The notes under the pieces were generated by a model, which made no database searches, had not been told where the DNA came from, and worked only from the letters and a program-made list of their open reading frames with translations. Position numbers and translations under genes: made by a program. Below are positions 11,429-25,398 of a stretch of 64,000 nt of DNA, in pieces. Source of the DNA: Octopus sinensis (taxonomy: Eukaryota); NCBI RefSeq assembly GCF_006345805.1, contig NC_043008.1:12214001-12278000 (forward strand), read 5' to 3'. Position 1 is the stretch's first letter. Each line of letters starts with the position of its first letter.

Positions 11429-13850
11429 GTTTAACATCCGTTTTCCGTGCTAGCATGGGTTGGACGGTTCGACCGGGGATCTGGGAAGCCAGAAGGCTGC
11501 ACCAGGCTCCAGTCTGATCTGGCAGTGTTTCTACAGCTGGATGCCCTTCCTAACGCCAATCACTCTGTGAGTGTAGTGGGTGCTTTTTACGTGCCACCGG
11601 CACAGGTGCCAGGGGAGGCTGGATATATACACATATACACACTTGCGGTTATAAATAAATGTTTGATTGGTTTGAGTTAATAAGCAAGTGGCTTCTGCTA
11701 TAACCCCAAAACTGACCAAAGCCTGTGAGTGGATTTGGTAGATGGAGCTGAAAGAAGCCTATTATGTGTGTGTGTGTGTACATGTGCAAAATGCACATTT
11801 CAAGCATTGGGCCTCACAAAGGCAATGTGGCCAATGCCAGTGCCGCATAACAAGCACCTGTACCAGTGTTGGGTAACTGGTACCTGTGCTGGTGGCACGT
11901 AGAAAGCACCCTTTGAGCGCTGGGCCTCATGGAGGCAATGACAAATGACCGAGACCTTTGGTAATATGCTACGCTTATTTCTTTATTGCCCACAAAGTGC
12001 TAAACATAGAGGGGACAAACAAGGACAGACAAAGGCATTTTGTCCGGTGTGCTAACGATTCTGCCAGCTCGCTGCTTTCTTGAGAAGAAGACCCATCAAG
12101 CCAAGTGTAATCATAGTTGCAGCAGATACTGGTTTTCAAGGGGTTGGCATTAGGAAGGGCATCCAGCTGTAGAAATCATGCCAAATCAGAGTGGAGTCTG
12201 GTGCAGCCTCTCTGCTTACCAGCTCTAGTCAAAGCATCCAACCCATGTCAGCATGTACAATGGATATTAAATGATGATGACGATGATCATGATGATACAT
12301 ATATGTGTGTGTGTGTGTGTGGTGTGTGTGTGTGTGCATATGTGTATCCTTATCATGACACCATGTGCTGCTTGTAAATGAACCTCACCATCATACAAGC
12401 GAGGTTTTTTCATATCCAGTTTTCATGAAAAAGATGTCTGGCCATTGGGAAATATCTTCCTTTGCCTTTCCATTGGACAACATCAGTGTTGTGGAGAGGA
12501 GAGCCTGATATGCAAGGACGACTGCTGGTCTTCCATAAACAACCTTGCATGGACTTGTGCCTCAGGGCAGGGGTAAATTTCTAGGAACTATCCCATGGTC
12601 AGTCATGACGAAAGGGGTCCTTTACTCTTTACCCTTTACTATAGAACTCTGACATTACTTGCTTCACAGTCTCTGAGGCTAAAGGGTTCTTTGATACATA
12701 TCATCTCTTACAAAAACAGTGGAACTGCCAGAGGGGGAAGATACGTGTTCCAAACAAGCATAAAATGCATCTGAACAGTAATGTTCACATTTGAAGGTTT
12801 CCTCAAAGTATGAGATAATATGGATATATGCTTTAATAACCGTTTATCAGCTTCCAGCTGGATTTTTCCCTGTGTTGCATATGAAATGATGCATCAGCAC
12901 AAAACTGAGTAGATAACCGCATCATCGGATGATGTCGGTATTTGAGTAGTTCCTCACATCATCTGATTTAAGTCTTTTTAATTTAAATTTCTCATCGCTT
13001 ATTTTCCTTTCTTTATTGGAGAACGGATGATATGAATAAACCTTGATCTACAGAAATTTATTCATGGATTGATTATCATTCATTCTAAACACTTAAATGT
13101 TCCATTTTTGTCTGTTATAACATATAAATTTCTTTTTCTGTGCTGGATTCACAACACTTCTCCAGATAATTCGCATCCGAAGAATACAAATATCAACTTC
13201 AAACATCACCGGTTTATCAGTTAAATTCCTATTTGCTTCATACTTGAAAAATAAAGCATTATCATAAATGCTTACTTTTTCTCTCAACTCAGCACTAATT
13301 CATCATCATCATTATCATCATCATCATCATTATCATCATCATCATCATCATCATCATTTAATGTCCGTTTCTCATGCTAGCCTGAGTTGGACAATTTGAC
13401 TGAGGTCTGGCGGACCAGACGTATGCACCAGGCTCCAGTCTGATCTGGAGTTTCTACAGCTGGATGCCCTTCCTTATGCCAACCACTCCGAGAGTGTAGT
13501 GGGTGCTTTTATGTGCCACCGGCATGAGGGCCAGTCAGGCAGAACTGGCAACGGCCACACTCAAATGGTGCTTTTTACATGCCACCTGCACAGGAGTCAG
13601 TCCAGCAACACTTGCAACGACCCCACTCAAGTGTTTTGTTCACGTGCCTCCGGCACAATTGCCAGTAAGGTGACACTGGTAACAATCACGCTCAAATGGT
13701 GCTTTTTATGTGCCACTGGCATAGAAGCCAGACAGCTGCTCTGGCAGTGATCCCGCTAATAATAATTGTATAATAATTATACAATAATTATATAATAATG
13801 GTTTCAAATTTTGGTAAAGGCAAGTAAATTTTAGGAGGAAAGAGTTAGTC

Positions 13851-14137
13851 CAGTGGTTCCCAAAATGGACAGTACTGCCCCCTTGGGGGCAGTGGAAAGA
13901 TCCAGGTGGTCATCAAAGAAAAGTGGGATGATAACGGGATGGTCAAAATGGGGTCATAGATGTAAAAAAAATATATTTAAATAAATTAATTAGGTTTATG
14001 TTTTATTTGTGAAATGCTGTTGCTTTGAATCTGCTGCAGAAAGTGGTCTATATTTGTGGTGGGGAGGGTGAGGGGGCGCTAGGAATGTGGCCTGAGTGCC
14101 AAGGGGGCAGCAGCATGAAAATGTTTGGGAACTTATG
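13851..14137. mobile_element. hAT MITE
   Basis: TIRs CAGTGGTTCCCAAA / TTTGGGAACTTATG (11/14); 8-bp TSD AGTTAGTC / AGTTTGTC. Confidence 0.8.
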
Positions 14138-14420
14138 AGTTTGTCAATTACACCAAATCCATTGTTGGATTGGTAGTTATTTTTATCAACCCTGAAAGGG
14201 TGAAAGGTTAAGTCAGTGTTGGAAGAATTTGGAAGAAATGCTGCAAAGAATTTTGTCCAGCGTGCCACTTTAATAATAATTATAATGGTTTCAAATTTTG
14301 GCACAGGGCCAAACAGTTTTTGAGGGGAGGGAAAAGTTGAATACATCAAACCCAAATATTTAACTGGTAATCGTTTTACTGACCCTAAAACGATAAAAGA
14401 CAGATTTAAGCTCAGATTTA

Positions 14421-14825
14421 GGCGCAGGAGTGGCTGTGTGGTAAGTAGCTTGCTAACCAACCACATGGTACCGGGTTCAGTCCCACTGCGTGGCATCTTG
14501 GGCAAGTGTCTTCTGCTATAGCCCCGGGCCGAACAATGCCTTGTGAGTGGATTTGGTAGACGGAAACTGAAAGAAGCCTGTCGTATATATGTATATATAT
14601 ATAAATATGTGTGCGTGTATGTTTGTGTGTCTGTGTTTGTCCCCCTAGCATTGCTTGACAACCGATTCTGGTGTGTTTACGTCCCCGTCACTTAGCGGTT
14701 TGGCAAAAAGAGACCGATAGAATATGTACGGGGCTTACAAAGAATAAGTCCCGGGGTCGATTTGCTCGACTAAAGGCGGTGCTCCAGCATGGCCACAGTC
14801 AAATAACTGAAACAAGTAAAAGAGT
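14421..14825 (+). mobile_element. Full-length young SINE family B
   Basis: Close to the apparent consensus of the in-window copies. Confidence 0.9.
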
Positions 14826-16013
14826 GGGATTTGAACTCAGGACAAAGATAATTGTAACACCACTAAGAATTTTGTCTGGTATGCTAACACTTCTGCCAGC
14901 TACCATCTTCATAATTAACAATAATCAGAATGTGTCTTGTAAAAATCATGGTGAAATATTTACATATGAATCCATAATATTATTCTAAGTAAAGAATTCT
15001 TCTGAAATATATTTCAATTAATGAACATCTTAGACAGTTAATCAATAATCTTGTAACTAGTTCAGACTCTGCGAGATATTCACTTGAGATATCATTTGTT
15101 ACTATTAGATCAACACTGGTAAAGAAGTTTAATCTTGACGATAGCTAAATTAACCAGAAATTGTAAGTAAAAAATACAACGAAACAAACAAACAATAAAA
15201 AATAAGAGTAAAATAACAAGATGTGTGATAGAAAAAAAATTAAGAATCATTGAGTAATTATATACAAAATGAAGATGAAGAAAGAAAAGAAATAATAAAT
15301 AAACGAGAAATTTGAATAATTTTCTGTTGCTTTAATTGTAATTAAAAAAAAAAAATCACTTTAGAAAACAGATCCATTTCCTTTAAAATGTCAGAAAATA
15401 TGGTATCATTATGGAAATGTAATTTAATTTCAGACTTCGTCATATTTTCTCAAGTGCAAACTGATATTTCCTACATATGTGCAAAGAGTTGTTGTAGAGC
15501 AGGTGGTGTTCAGCATCAGATGAAGCTGGAGATATACATTTCCCAAAGTTCTGTCAGTACGTACCGATAATCAGCTCTGCTTATACCGGAACTTGGAGCT
15601 TCCTATCTGCTCTTGTAGTTACTCTGCCAGAATCTTATTCCCATCAATAATGAAAGTCTTAGGATAATGCTATATGAAAATATTCACTCACTGAAAATCG
15701 TTTGATACACAAAGATATCTTTATGTTCATGATGATCAGACTGTTTGATATTTTGATCCACGAATCAAACGTTCAAGACGTGACCACCACTACTAATTAA
15801 TGGTATTTATCCACACTCGTCTATTCGTTTCAGGTGATTTTGCTGAATAATTAGTACCAAGTTCTTGCATTTTTTTTTTTTTTTTGCTTTCTGGTTGAAT
15901 ACTTTGTCTTTGGATGAAAAAATATGATTTATAAAACATCATGGTTGCAATATATATATGTATATATATATATAGATGAAAAGTAAAACATTTGAAAGAG
16001 GATTTGAAGTCCA

Positions 16014-16023
16014 TCAGTATCAC

Positions 16024-16055
<32 letters not shown>

Positions 16056-16306
16056 CCACCACCACCAACATCATCATCATCATCACAACGACAACGACCA
16101 CCACCTCCATCACCACCACCACCACTACCACCACAACCACCATCACCACCACCACCACCATCATCATCATCACCACAACCACCACCACCACCACAACCAC
16201 CATCACCACCACCATCATCATCACCACAACCACCACCACCACCACCATCATCATCACCACAACCACCACCACCACCACCAACTCCACCACCACAACCACC
16301 ATCACC

Positions 16307-16337
<31 letters not shown>

Positions 16338-16340
16338 GAC
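16014..16340. repeat. (CAT)n/(CAC)n trinucleotide tract
   Basis: Directly visible; source of poly-His/Thr/Val ORFs. Confidence 0.95.
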
Positions 16341-18947
16341 AAATATGCACATAAACGTACACACACATACACGCACACACACGTACACACACATATGCAC
16401 ACACACATAAACACACATACACACATATATATGCATAAACACACACATACACACACATATACACACACGTACATGTGCATACATGCATACATACTCATAC
16501 AGACACCCACGCACACAATCAAACACACACCTACACACACCTAACATACACACACATTGTTGTTTCAACACCCCATCACGTCTCTTTGCTTCTTCTTCTC
16601 TTTTATTACCTCTGCCTGCCACCCCTTCGCTTCGTTAATATCATCGGATTCTATTAATTAGATTTCATTTCTTTGATTGCTGCTGTAGCCTAAAAACTTT
16701 ATTCTAATATTGGTCGAGAGCTTTATTAGAATTTGATGCTGATTTCCATCCTACGCCAGCAGACGCAGAGTTACATAGGTTAACATATGCATGCATCAGG
16801 CACGTGCCATCAGTAATTACTCAGGGTAGGCACTTGGTGACGTTTATGTTGTAAAACGCATGAAGAAATAAGCGTAGGAGTGGCTGTGTGGTAAGTAGCT
16901 TGCTTACGGTTCAGTCCTACTGAATGGCACCTTGGGCAAGTATCTTCTACTAAAGCCTCGGGCCGACCAGCACCTTGGTGTGGATTTGGTAGAAGGAAAC
17001 TGGAAGAAGCCGGTTGTATATATATATATATATATATGTCTTTTACAATAGCCTCGGGCCGACCAAAGCCTTGTGAGTGGATTTGGTAGATGGAAACTGG
17101 AAGAAAGCTGTTGTATGTGTATATATATGTGTATGTGTGTATATATTGTGTGTCTGTTTGTCCCCCCCACCCAGCTTCGCTTGACAACCGATGCTGGTGT
17201 GTCTATGTCCCCGTAACTTAGCGGTTCGGCAAAAGAGACTGATAGAATAAGTACTAGGCTTGCAAAGAATAAGTCCTTGGGTCAATTTACTTGACTAAAA
17301 AAAGCGGTGCTCCAGCATGGCCACAGTCAAATGACTGAAACAAGTAAAAGACTGAAAGAGAATAGTGTGATTGTTGCCAGTGTTGCCTGACTGGCTCCCA
17401 TGCAGGTGGTACATAAAAAGCACCATTGAAGCATGGTCGATGCCAGCACTGCTCGAGTGGCCCTTGTGCCTGTGGCACGTAAAAGCACCCACTATACTCT
17501 CGGGATGGTTGGCAATAGGAAGGGCATCCAACTGTAGAAACTTTGCCAGATCAGATTGGAGCCTGGTGCAGCCTTCTGGCTTGCCAGCCCTGTGTCAAAC
17601 TGTTCAACCCATGCCAGGATGGAAAGCGGACGTTAAGCGACAATGATGACGATGATGATGATGATATAAACCTAAATATGTATTTATTTACCCTAATATT
17701 AATATTTTAGTGCAGAAGCTACCATGCTAAGGGTGAGTAACTCCAAATGAAAGTGGTCTCTGTGTTAGCAGTAGTAACTGTAAAGATGATAATGAGAGAG
17801 AGATAGACAGACAGATAGAGGGCAAGAGAGAGAGAGACATATACAGAGTGAGAGAGAGATTTAAATCTGACTTGAGTTATACTACATATTTAAAACAAGT
17901 TGGTAGCATTTACAGACAGTAGAAAATAAGAACACAGATGTATAATAATCACACATATATACACACATGTGCATGTGTGTATATATGTGTGTGAATGTCT
18001 ATGTCCGATATACCAAAGACTGTAATTGTTTTTTGAGGTGATGATGTTTATAGCACAAGCTAATGGATGTGGCAGTGATGACTGCATGCAATTAGCAATA
18101 ACGAGTTGTTGGTAAAATATTTATTTTCGTGGACTAAAATTTCAAGAAAACAAATACTAAACGATATAATGCAAACACCTTAGTTTAAGTAATTGTTGTC
18201 TGTTAAATGCTATCTTTGAAGAATTTGAGTCTCAGCTCTTAATAAGCCGCTGAGATGTCATCAGAATGAAATGAAATTGAAGACATCATATAGATTATAG
18301 ATACAGTTGTGCAGTTTTGGGTTCAGTTTCCACCTTGTGGCACCTTGAGCAAGTATCTATCACTAAAGCCCCAGGGCTGACCAAAGCCTTGAGGGTGGAT
18401 TTGGTAGAGAGAAACTGAAAGAAGGCCATCGTATACATAGATGTAAATACTTTTCTGCTCTCGGCACAAGGCCCAAACGTTTTGGGGAAGAGGCCAGTCG
18501 ATTAGATCAACCCCAGAATGCAACTGGTACTTAATTTTTTTGACCCCAAAAGGATGAAAGATAAAGTCGACCTTGGTGGAATTTGAACTCAGAACACAAA
18601 GACAGACGAAATACTGCTAAGCATTTCACCTGGCTTGCTAATGATTCTGCCACCTTGCCACCTTAATATAGATGTATATATCTCTGTCTGTATGTCTTTG
18701 TGTCTGTGTTTCCCCCCACCGCCACCCCCAGCTATCACTGCTTGACAACTGGTGTTGGTGTGTTTATGGCCTTGTAACTTAGCAGTTTGGCAAAAACTAC
18801 TGATAGAATAAGTATGAGACTTAAAAAGAAGCAAGTTCTGGAGGTTGATTCATTTGACTAAAGCCATTCATGGCAGTGCTCCAGCATGGCCACAGTCAAA
18901 TGACTGAAACAAGTAAAAGAATAAAAGAATAAAAGAATGCATATGTA

Positions 18948-19360
18948 GGGGCAAGAGTGGCTGTGTGATAAGAAGCTTGCTTACGAACCACGTGGTTCTG
19001 GGTTCAGTCACACTGCGTGGCACCTTGGGCAAGTGTCTTCTACTATAGCCTTGGGCCGACCAAAGCCTTGTGAGTGGATTTGGTAGACGGAAACTGAAAG
19101 AAGCCCATCATATATGTGTAAATATGTGTGCGTGTGTGTCTGTGTGTGTGTCTATGTTTGTGTGTCTGTATTTGTCCCCCCAACATCGCTTGACAACTGA
19201 TGCTGGTGTGTTTACGTCCCTATAACTTAGCGGTTTGGCAAAAGAAACTGATAGAATAAGTACTAGGCTTACAAAGGATAAGTCCTGGGGTCGATTTGCT
19301 CGACTAAAGGCTGTGCTCCAGCGTGGCCACAGACAAATGACTGAAACAAGTAAAAGAATA
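18948..19360 (+). mobile_element. Full-length SINE family B
   Basis: Homology to 14421-14825 and 44243-44665. Confidence 0.9.
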
Positions 19361-19401
19361 TTTATCTACCTTTATATATATGTATATAAATATATAGACA
19401 C

Positions 19402-19454
<53 letters not shown>

Positions 19455-20257
19455 TACACACACATGCATATATATGGGAGAGTGATTGTGTTTACAAAAA
19501 AAGGTGCTGCTTAATGTGTTTTGCATTCTCATTTATATTTAAAGGTTAATATGCATTTGAACATAAAACTCAAAGTTGTTCAGTTATAATGACAAAAACC
19601 AACATGAGAAATATGCATGCATATGCCTGTGTGTGTATATGTTAATGTGCACGTGTGTTTGTGTTTTCATAACTAACGACTTTCATAATAATGTTTTGGT
19701 TTAAGTGCCACATCACATTTGGTTAAATATTCTGAAGAAACAAAACTCTTCATAAAAAGTCGTTAAAGAGGATGACCTTCTCATACAGATGATAGAATTA
19801 CAACCATCAAAGGACCGTTAGAACAGCTATAAAAACGAAATTAAAACTCATATGGGCAAACAAGCGCTGCATCAATTTCTCTTGAAGTAGGGATTCTATC
19901 ACAAACTTTTACTAGGCCTTTGCATAACGTTGGTTAAAAATCTTAAAAAAACATGATAACCAAAAATGAAATGAAGCTGAACTGCCCGGTGTAGTTCATA
20001 ATTTAGGATGTGCTGCAGAATGCTGGTTATGTGACAATGGATAGTTAAATATTAAATAAATTTTTATAACAAAGTCTGTTGTTATTGCTTCCATTTTATG
20101 GAAATGGTTTCATATGAGTGTTTATTTTAATGCATTTTATGAGTGGAATTAATGAAAGTTTAAACAGTTTTCCTAATGGGAATATTGTACATGCATATAT
20201 TATATATACTGTATACATATATCTATACTGTGTAATATGTATAGGATTATAATTATG

Positions 20258-20333
<76 letters not shown>

Positions 20334-20749
20334 ATTATGTGTATAAGTTGTGTGTGTGTGTGTATCTGGAAAGCACAGTGGTTTGAAAATCAAGTTGTAA
20401 CATAGCCTCTCAGCTTCAGTTATAATAAAAAATTGTAGATGCATACGTAATACATACATACATACATACATATATGCATGCATACATACATACATACATA
20501 CATACATACATACATACAAGCATATATAAATGTATATATCAACGTGATCACCGTGACCGACCAGGCTATCAGGTTTTGCTACACATCGCTGGTCACAATG
20601 CACTTTGCATTGTTTTAGCCTTCAAGTGATGCCACCCCGCTGGCTAAGCGAGCAGGCCAATACATACATATACATATATATGCATATACATATAATAGAC
20701 ACACAACCTCACACACATACACACACACACAGAGTGTATTTGCTGTTAC

Positions 20750-20830
20750 TGGAACCTCTTCGGTCCCCATTAGTGGCGTCATGTGTGCAGATACATGCAA
20801 AAAACTGGGCATGGCTGGAGCAGTTTCCAT
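20750..20830 (-). CDS. Candidate first coding exon (METAPAMPSFLHVSAHMTPLMGTEEVP), product unknown
   Basis: Acceptor TTCTTTCCCAATTAATTTGTAG| before 20849; ATG at 20830 in AGCATGG context; upstream donor CCG|GTGAGT at 21161. Own donor (CCA|GTAACA) is weak. Confidence 0.3.
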
Positions 20831-21161
20831 GCTTATTCTTTCCTCCTCACTACAAATTAATTGGGAAAGAATTCAAAATGAATTTTAGCTACTCTAATCC
20901 CACCCCCACCCCCACCCCTGCCACTCTCTTTGCAAGCGGTCTTTAAAAGACTGCCGCCTTGTCTTTTGTACCGATACCAATTAATTATATAAACAAATAA
21001 TGCTTTATCATACAAACACAGCAATATATCTGCAAATACATGTTTGTATATCAAAGAAAACTTTGTAATTTGTCCATGCCATTCCTGCATTCTGTGTGTA
21101 TATATATATATACATCCTCTTATACACATATAAATAAAGAAAAATAGATACAAGTACTCAC

Positions 21162-21490
21162 CGGTTTATTTTCAGTTGTATATACACATACATACATATA
21201 TACATGCATAGCCGCATGATTATACAGAAGTGCACATATGCGCAGACACGCAAGCGCGCTCAGACACAGATGCACATACAGATGGATTTAGAGAAATAAG
21301 AAAATTTCCTGTAACTCTTAGATCAAACGTTAATTTTTAATTGATTTCAAATACAGCGCAAAAATAAATATAAATATAAATATAAATATAACGATACAAA
21401 ATGAAAATTGCAAATCATTACATAAAATGATGCACATGGACAAAGAAACGGACCCAATTGTTCGCAGCATTGATTTTATCCAATCAAAGT
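21162..21490 (-). promoter_or_regulatory. Candidate promoter and 5' UTR exon
   Basis: CCAAT at 21454 and 21480; locally CpG-rich TGCGCAGACACGCAAGCGCGC near 21240; strong donor at 21161. Confidence 0.3.
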
Positions 21491-22789
21491 TAACGGTAAT
21501 TAAGTTTGATGAAATATTATCATAACAAATCATTGTGTCTCTGTTAACCAGTTCTCAAAAGACAAATGTCAGATGTTGCTCCAAGAGAAAAATCTCATTG
21601 CTTTTCAAATTTTTTTTTTTGCTTTTTTTTTTTTTTAATCTTATCAATTTTTGTCTTTCTCTCTCAGTTGCTTTTTTTTTTTTTTTTCGAAATTAAAAAC
21701 CTTTTTTTCTCTCTTTAAAAATAATTCCTTTTATCCTTTATATTTTTTACAATTTATGAATATTTTTTTTTTCTTTCGTTTTTTACAAAAGTTTGTGTGA
21801 TGTACTTTATTTTAATCAAGTCTCTCTGTCTCTCTATGTTTTCCCACCAAAAAAAAAAACGAATGATGCATCAACAACAACAACAGCAACAACAACAACA
21901 ACAACAATAATAATAATAATAATAATAATAATAGTAATAAAAAACGAATGATGCATCAACGACAATAATAATAATATTTATAATAATATTAATAATAGTA
22001 ATAATAATAATAATAATAATAATCAAGGAAATGATTTCCATTGAAAGTCTTGTCTATAGAATATCTCGTATTGATATTCTATGATACCTATTGATGTATT
22101 TATTCCTACATTTTTTTAATAACAGCAAGAATTCAACTTCTCAAGTCATCATCGTCTTTTGAGAAGCTGATTGCGTTTTGAAACTTAGTTTTTTTCAAGC
22201 TGTGTAGGGAGATTTCTCTGCAAGACTTCACATGCAAATATCTTCCAACCTCCCTCGGCTTTTATTATTATTAATTTGTGGAACATAACTGTGAGAGTTT
22301 GTATGCGTAGTCATAGTAATCCATGGCTAGTATAATGCAGATGTACTTTTGTTGTGTTATGAAATAACCAGGAGAGTAGGGGACAGCACCTACGAACAAT
22401 GTAAATTTTATATTTAAACCTTTAACATTCAGATTAAACTGTCAAATCTCAGGCTTAAGTTATTCACATTGTTTTGAATTAATCCTGCATCGTCTCATAG
22501 CTTTGAGATTTTAAAAAGCACCCACTACACTCTCGGAGTGGTTGGCATTAGGAAGGGCATCCGGCTGTAGAAACTCTGCCAGATCAAGATTGGAGCCTGG
22601 TGCAGCCATCTGATTCGTCAGCCCTCGGTCAAAATCGTCCAACCCATGCTAGCATGGAAAGTGGATGTTAAACGATGATGATGATGATGATTGTTTATTT
22701 TTAAACTGATATTGCTGGGTTAGATGTGAAAAGCAAGATCAGGCCAGTTTGTACACAACACAGGTTTTAGATCCAGAGATTATCTGTAT

Positions 22790-23440
22790 AGAGGACACTT
22801 AGAAGTGCTCAAAAGATTCAAATTTAAACACAAATGTCTTTACAGGGGATCAACCCTATAAGGTAAAGAAGGGCTGGTGGAATTGATCCCTTGTAAAATT
22901 ATCAAAGTCTAAGTTAGAGGACATTTAGAAGTGCTCAAAAGATTCCAATTTAAACTCCAATGTCTTTACAGGGGACCGATTCTATAAGGTAGTGAAAGGT
23001 TAGTGGAATTAATCTCTTGTAAAAATATCAAAGTCTAGGTTAGAGGACACTTAGAAGTGATACATTACACACACACATATAAACACATATATAAATACAG
23101 ATATATATTTCTTTACTGCCCATAAGGGGCTAAACATAGAGGGGACAAACAAGGACAGACAAAGGGATTAAGTCAATTACATCGACTCCAGTGCGAAACT
23201 GGTACTTAATTTATCGACCCTAAAAGGATGAAAGGCAAAGTCTACCTTGGCAGAATATGGACTCAGAACGTAACAAGTTCAAATTCCGTCTTTACAGGAG
23301 ATTGATTCTATAAGGTAATGAAAGGTTAGTGGAATTAATCCCTTGTAAAAATATCAAAGTCTAAGTTAGAGGACACTTAGAAGTGATACATTACACACAC
23401 ACATATATACACCCATATATAAACACAGATATAGATCGAT
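22790..23440 (+). repeat. 126-bp tandem repeat with a displaced copy beyond a family A SINE
   Basis: AGAGGACA(C/T)TTAGAAGTG at 22790, 22916, 23042 and 23368; SINE A on minus at about 23107-23275. Confidence 0.9.
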
Positions 23441-24141
23441 ACTCATACAGATGTAGATCGATATTTCATGAGGTGGTGTGCAGAGTGACAGTGATGTCAC
23501 TTGACACACTGCCTCATGAAGGTCACTGTGCATAGAACCATGTGCTGCCATTTGTTGGCATGCTACAGAATTAGTCCAGGAACTGTTTGATACCACCTCG
23601 TAAATTTGTTTTTATTTCTAAATTATTCAGATTTTATATTCCGTTAATTAGAATGTTAAATATTTCAATGTTTGACTAAATTTCCAGTGTGTTTCATCTT
23701 ATTGATTTAGACATATAAACGAGGAAAGAATTAATTATTGCCTATCCTCTGCGGCATCTGAAACTGTGCACAGCACTTCGGTTGTCTATGACACGAGTGT
23801 GAAGGGTCAGGAGGTTGCTTGGGAGGTGAAACATGACCTCAAGCTGAAGACGTTGAGGTGAAATGAGATGACCTCATGCAGGTCTCAAAGAGAGAAATGA
23901 AATTTGGTAGGTGATGATATGTTTAAACTGGGATCTGGCTGGAAGTCCCTGAAAATCGTTTGTTAAGGGCGATTAGTAATTATTGTTTGGACAAAACAAC
24001 CACCCAATCACTTGGAAATCTGGGGGTGGAATAACAAAGATGGAAAATTGATTGATGAGAAGAAGTGGTTCAGAGAATGGCATAGGGTGAGCGTTTGGTA
24101 GTAAAAGAGACAACGTGTGAAAGGTGTAAAGGCAGCTAAGT

Positions 24142-25398
24142 ATGTTGTGAGTCATAGAATGTCGTTTGTTGTGAGTCATGGAATGTTTTTTGTTGTGAGT
24201 CATGGAATCCATGTTGTGAGTCATAGAATGTCTTTTTTTGTGAGTCATGGAATCCATGTTGTGAGTCATGGAATCCAGGTTGTGAGTCATGGAATGTCTT
24301 TTGTTGTGAGTCATGGAATCCAGGTTGTGAGTCATGGAATGTCTTTTGTTGTGAGTCATGGAATCCATGTTGTGAGTCATGGAATGTCTTTTGTTGTGAG
24401 TCATAGAATCCATGTTGTGAGTCATGGAATGTCTTTTGTTGAGAGTCATGGAATCCATGTTGTGAGTCATGGAATGTCTTTTGTTGTGAGTCATAGAATG
24501 TCTTTTGTTGCGAGTCATGGAATGTCTTTTGTTGTGAGTCATGGAATCCATGTTGCGAGCCATGGAGTGTCTTTTGTTGTGAGTCATGGAATCTATGTTG
24601 CGAGTCATGGAGTGTCTTTTGTTGTGAGTCATGAAATCTATGTTGTGAGTCATGGAATGTCTTTTGTTGTGAGTCATAGAATGTCTTTTGTTGTGAGTCA
24701 TGGAATCCATGTTGTGAGTCATGGAATGTCTTTTGTTGTGAGTCATGGAATGTCTTTTGTTGTGAGTCATGGAATCCATGTTGCGAGCCATGGAGTGTCT
24801 TTTGTTGTGAGTCATGGAATCTATGTTGCGAGTCATGGAGTGTCTTTTGTTGTGAGTCATGAAATCTATGTTGTGAGTCATGGAATGTCTTTTGTTGTGA
24901 GTCATAGAATGTCTTTTGTTGTGAGTCATGGAATCCATGTTGTGAGTCATGGAATGTCTTTTGTTGTGAGTCATGGAATGTCTTTTGTTGTGAGTCATGG
25001 AATCCAGGTTGTGAGTCATGGAATGTCTTTTGTTGTGAGTCATGGAATGTCTTTTGTTGTGAGTCATGGAATCCATGTTGTGAGTCATGGAATGTCTTTT
25101 GTTGTGAGTCATGGAATCCATGTTGTGAGTCATGGAATGTCTTTTGTTGTGAGTCATGGAATCCATGTTGTGAGTCATGGAATGTCTTTTGTTGAGAGTC
25201 ATAGAATCCATGTTGTGAGTCATGGAATGTCTTTTGTTGTGAGTCATAGAATGTCTTTTGTTGCGAGTCATGGAATGTCTTTTGTTGTGAGTCATGGAAT
25301 CCATGTTGCAAGTCATGGAGTGTCTTTTGTTGTGAGTCATGGAATCTATGTTGTGAGTCATGAAATTTCTTTTGTTGTGAGTCATGGAATGTCTTTTG
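24142..25398. repeat. Minisatellite of 55 interspersed 21-bp and 24-bp units
   Basis: GTTGTGAGTCATGGAATCCAT and GTTGTGAGTCATGGAATGTCTTTT; units counted from the plus-strand translation. Confidence 0.97.

Noticed and set aside
12720-13290. Minus-strand VIYSVLC*C...Y...RLLKH, a weak GIY-YIG resemblance
   Set aside because: The YIG motif is absent and stops are present; needs an HMM search.
15430-15700. Protein-like frames on both strands, including an EF-hand-like DEAGDIHFPKF
   Set aside because: No frame has both convincing splice sites and a recognisable domain.
22790-25398. CRISPR-like appearance of regular repeats
   Set aside because: No unique spacers, no cas genes, eukaryotic context.
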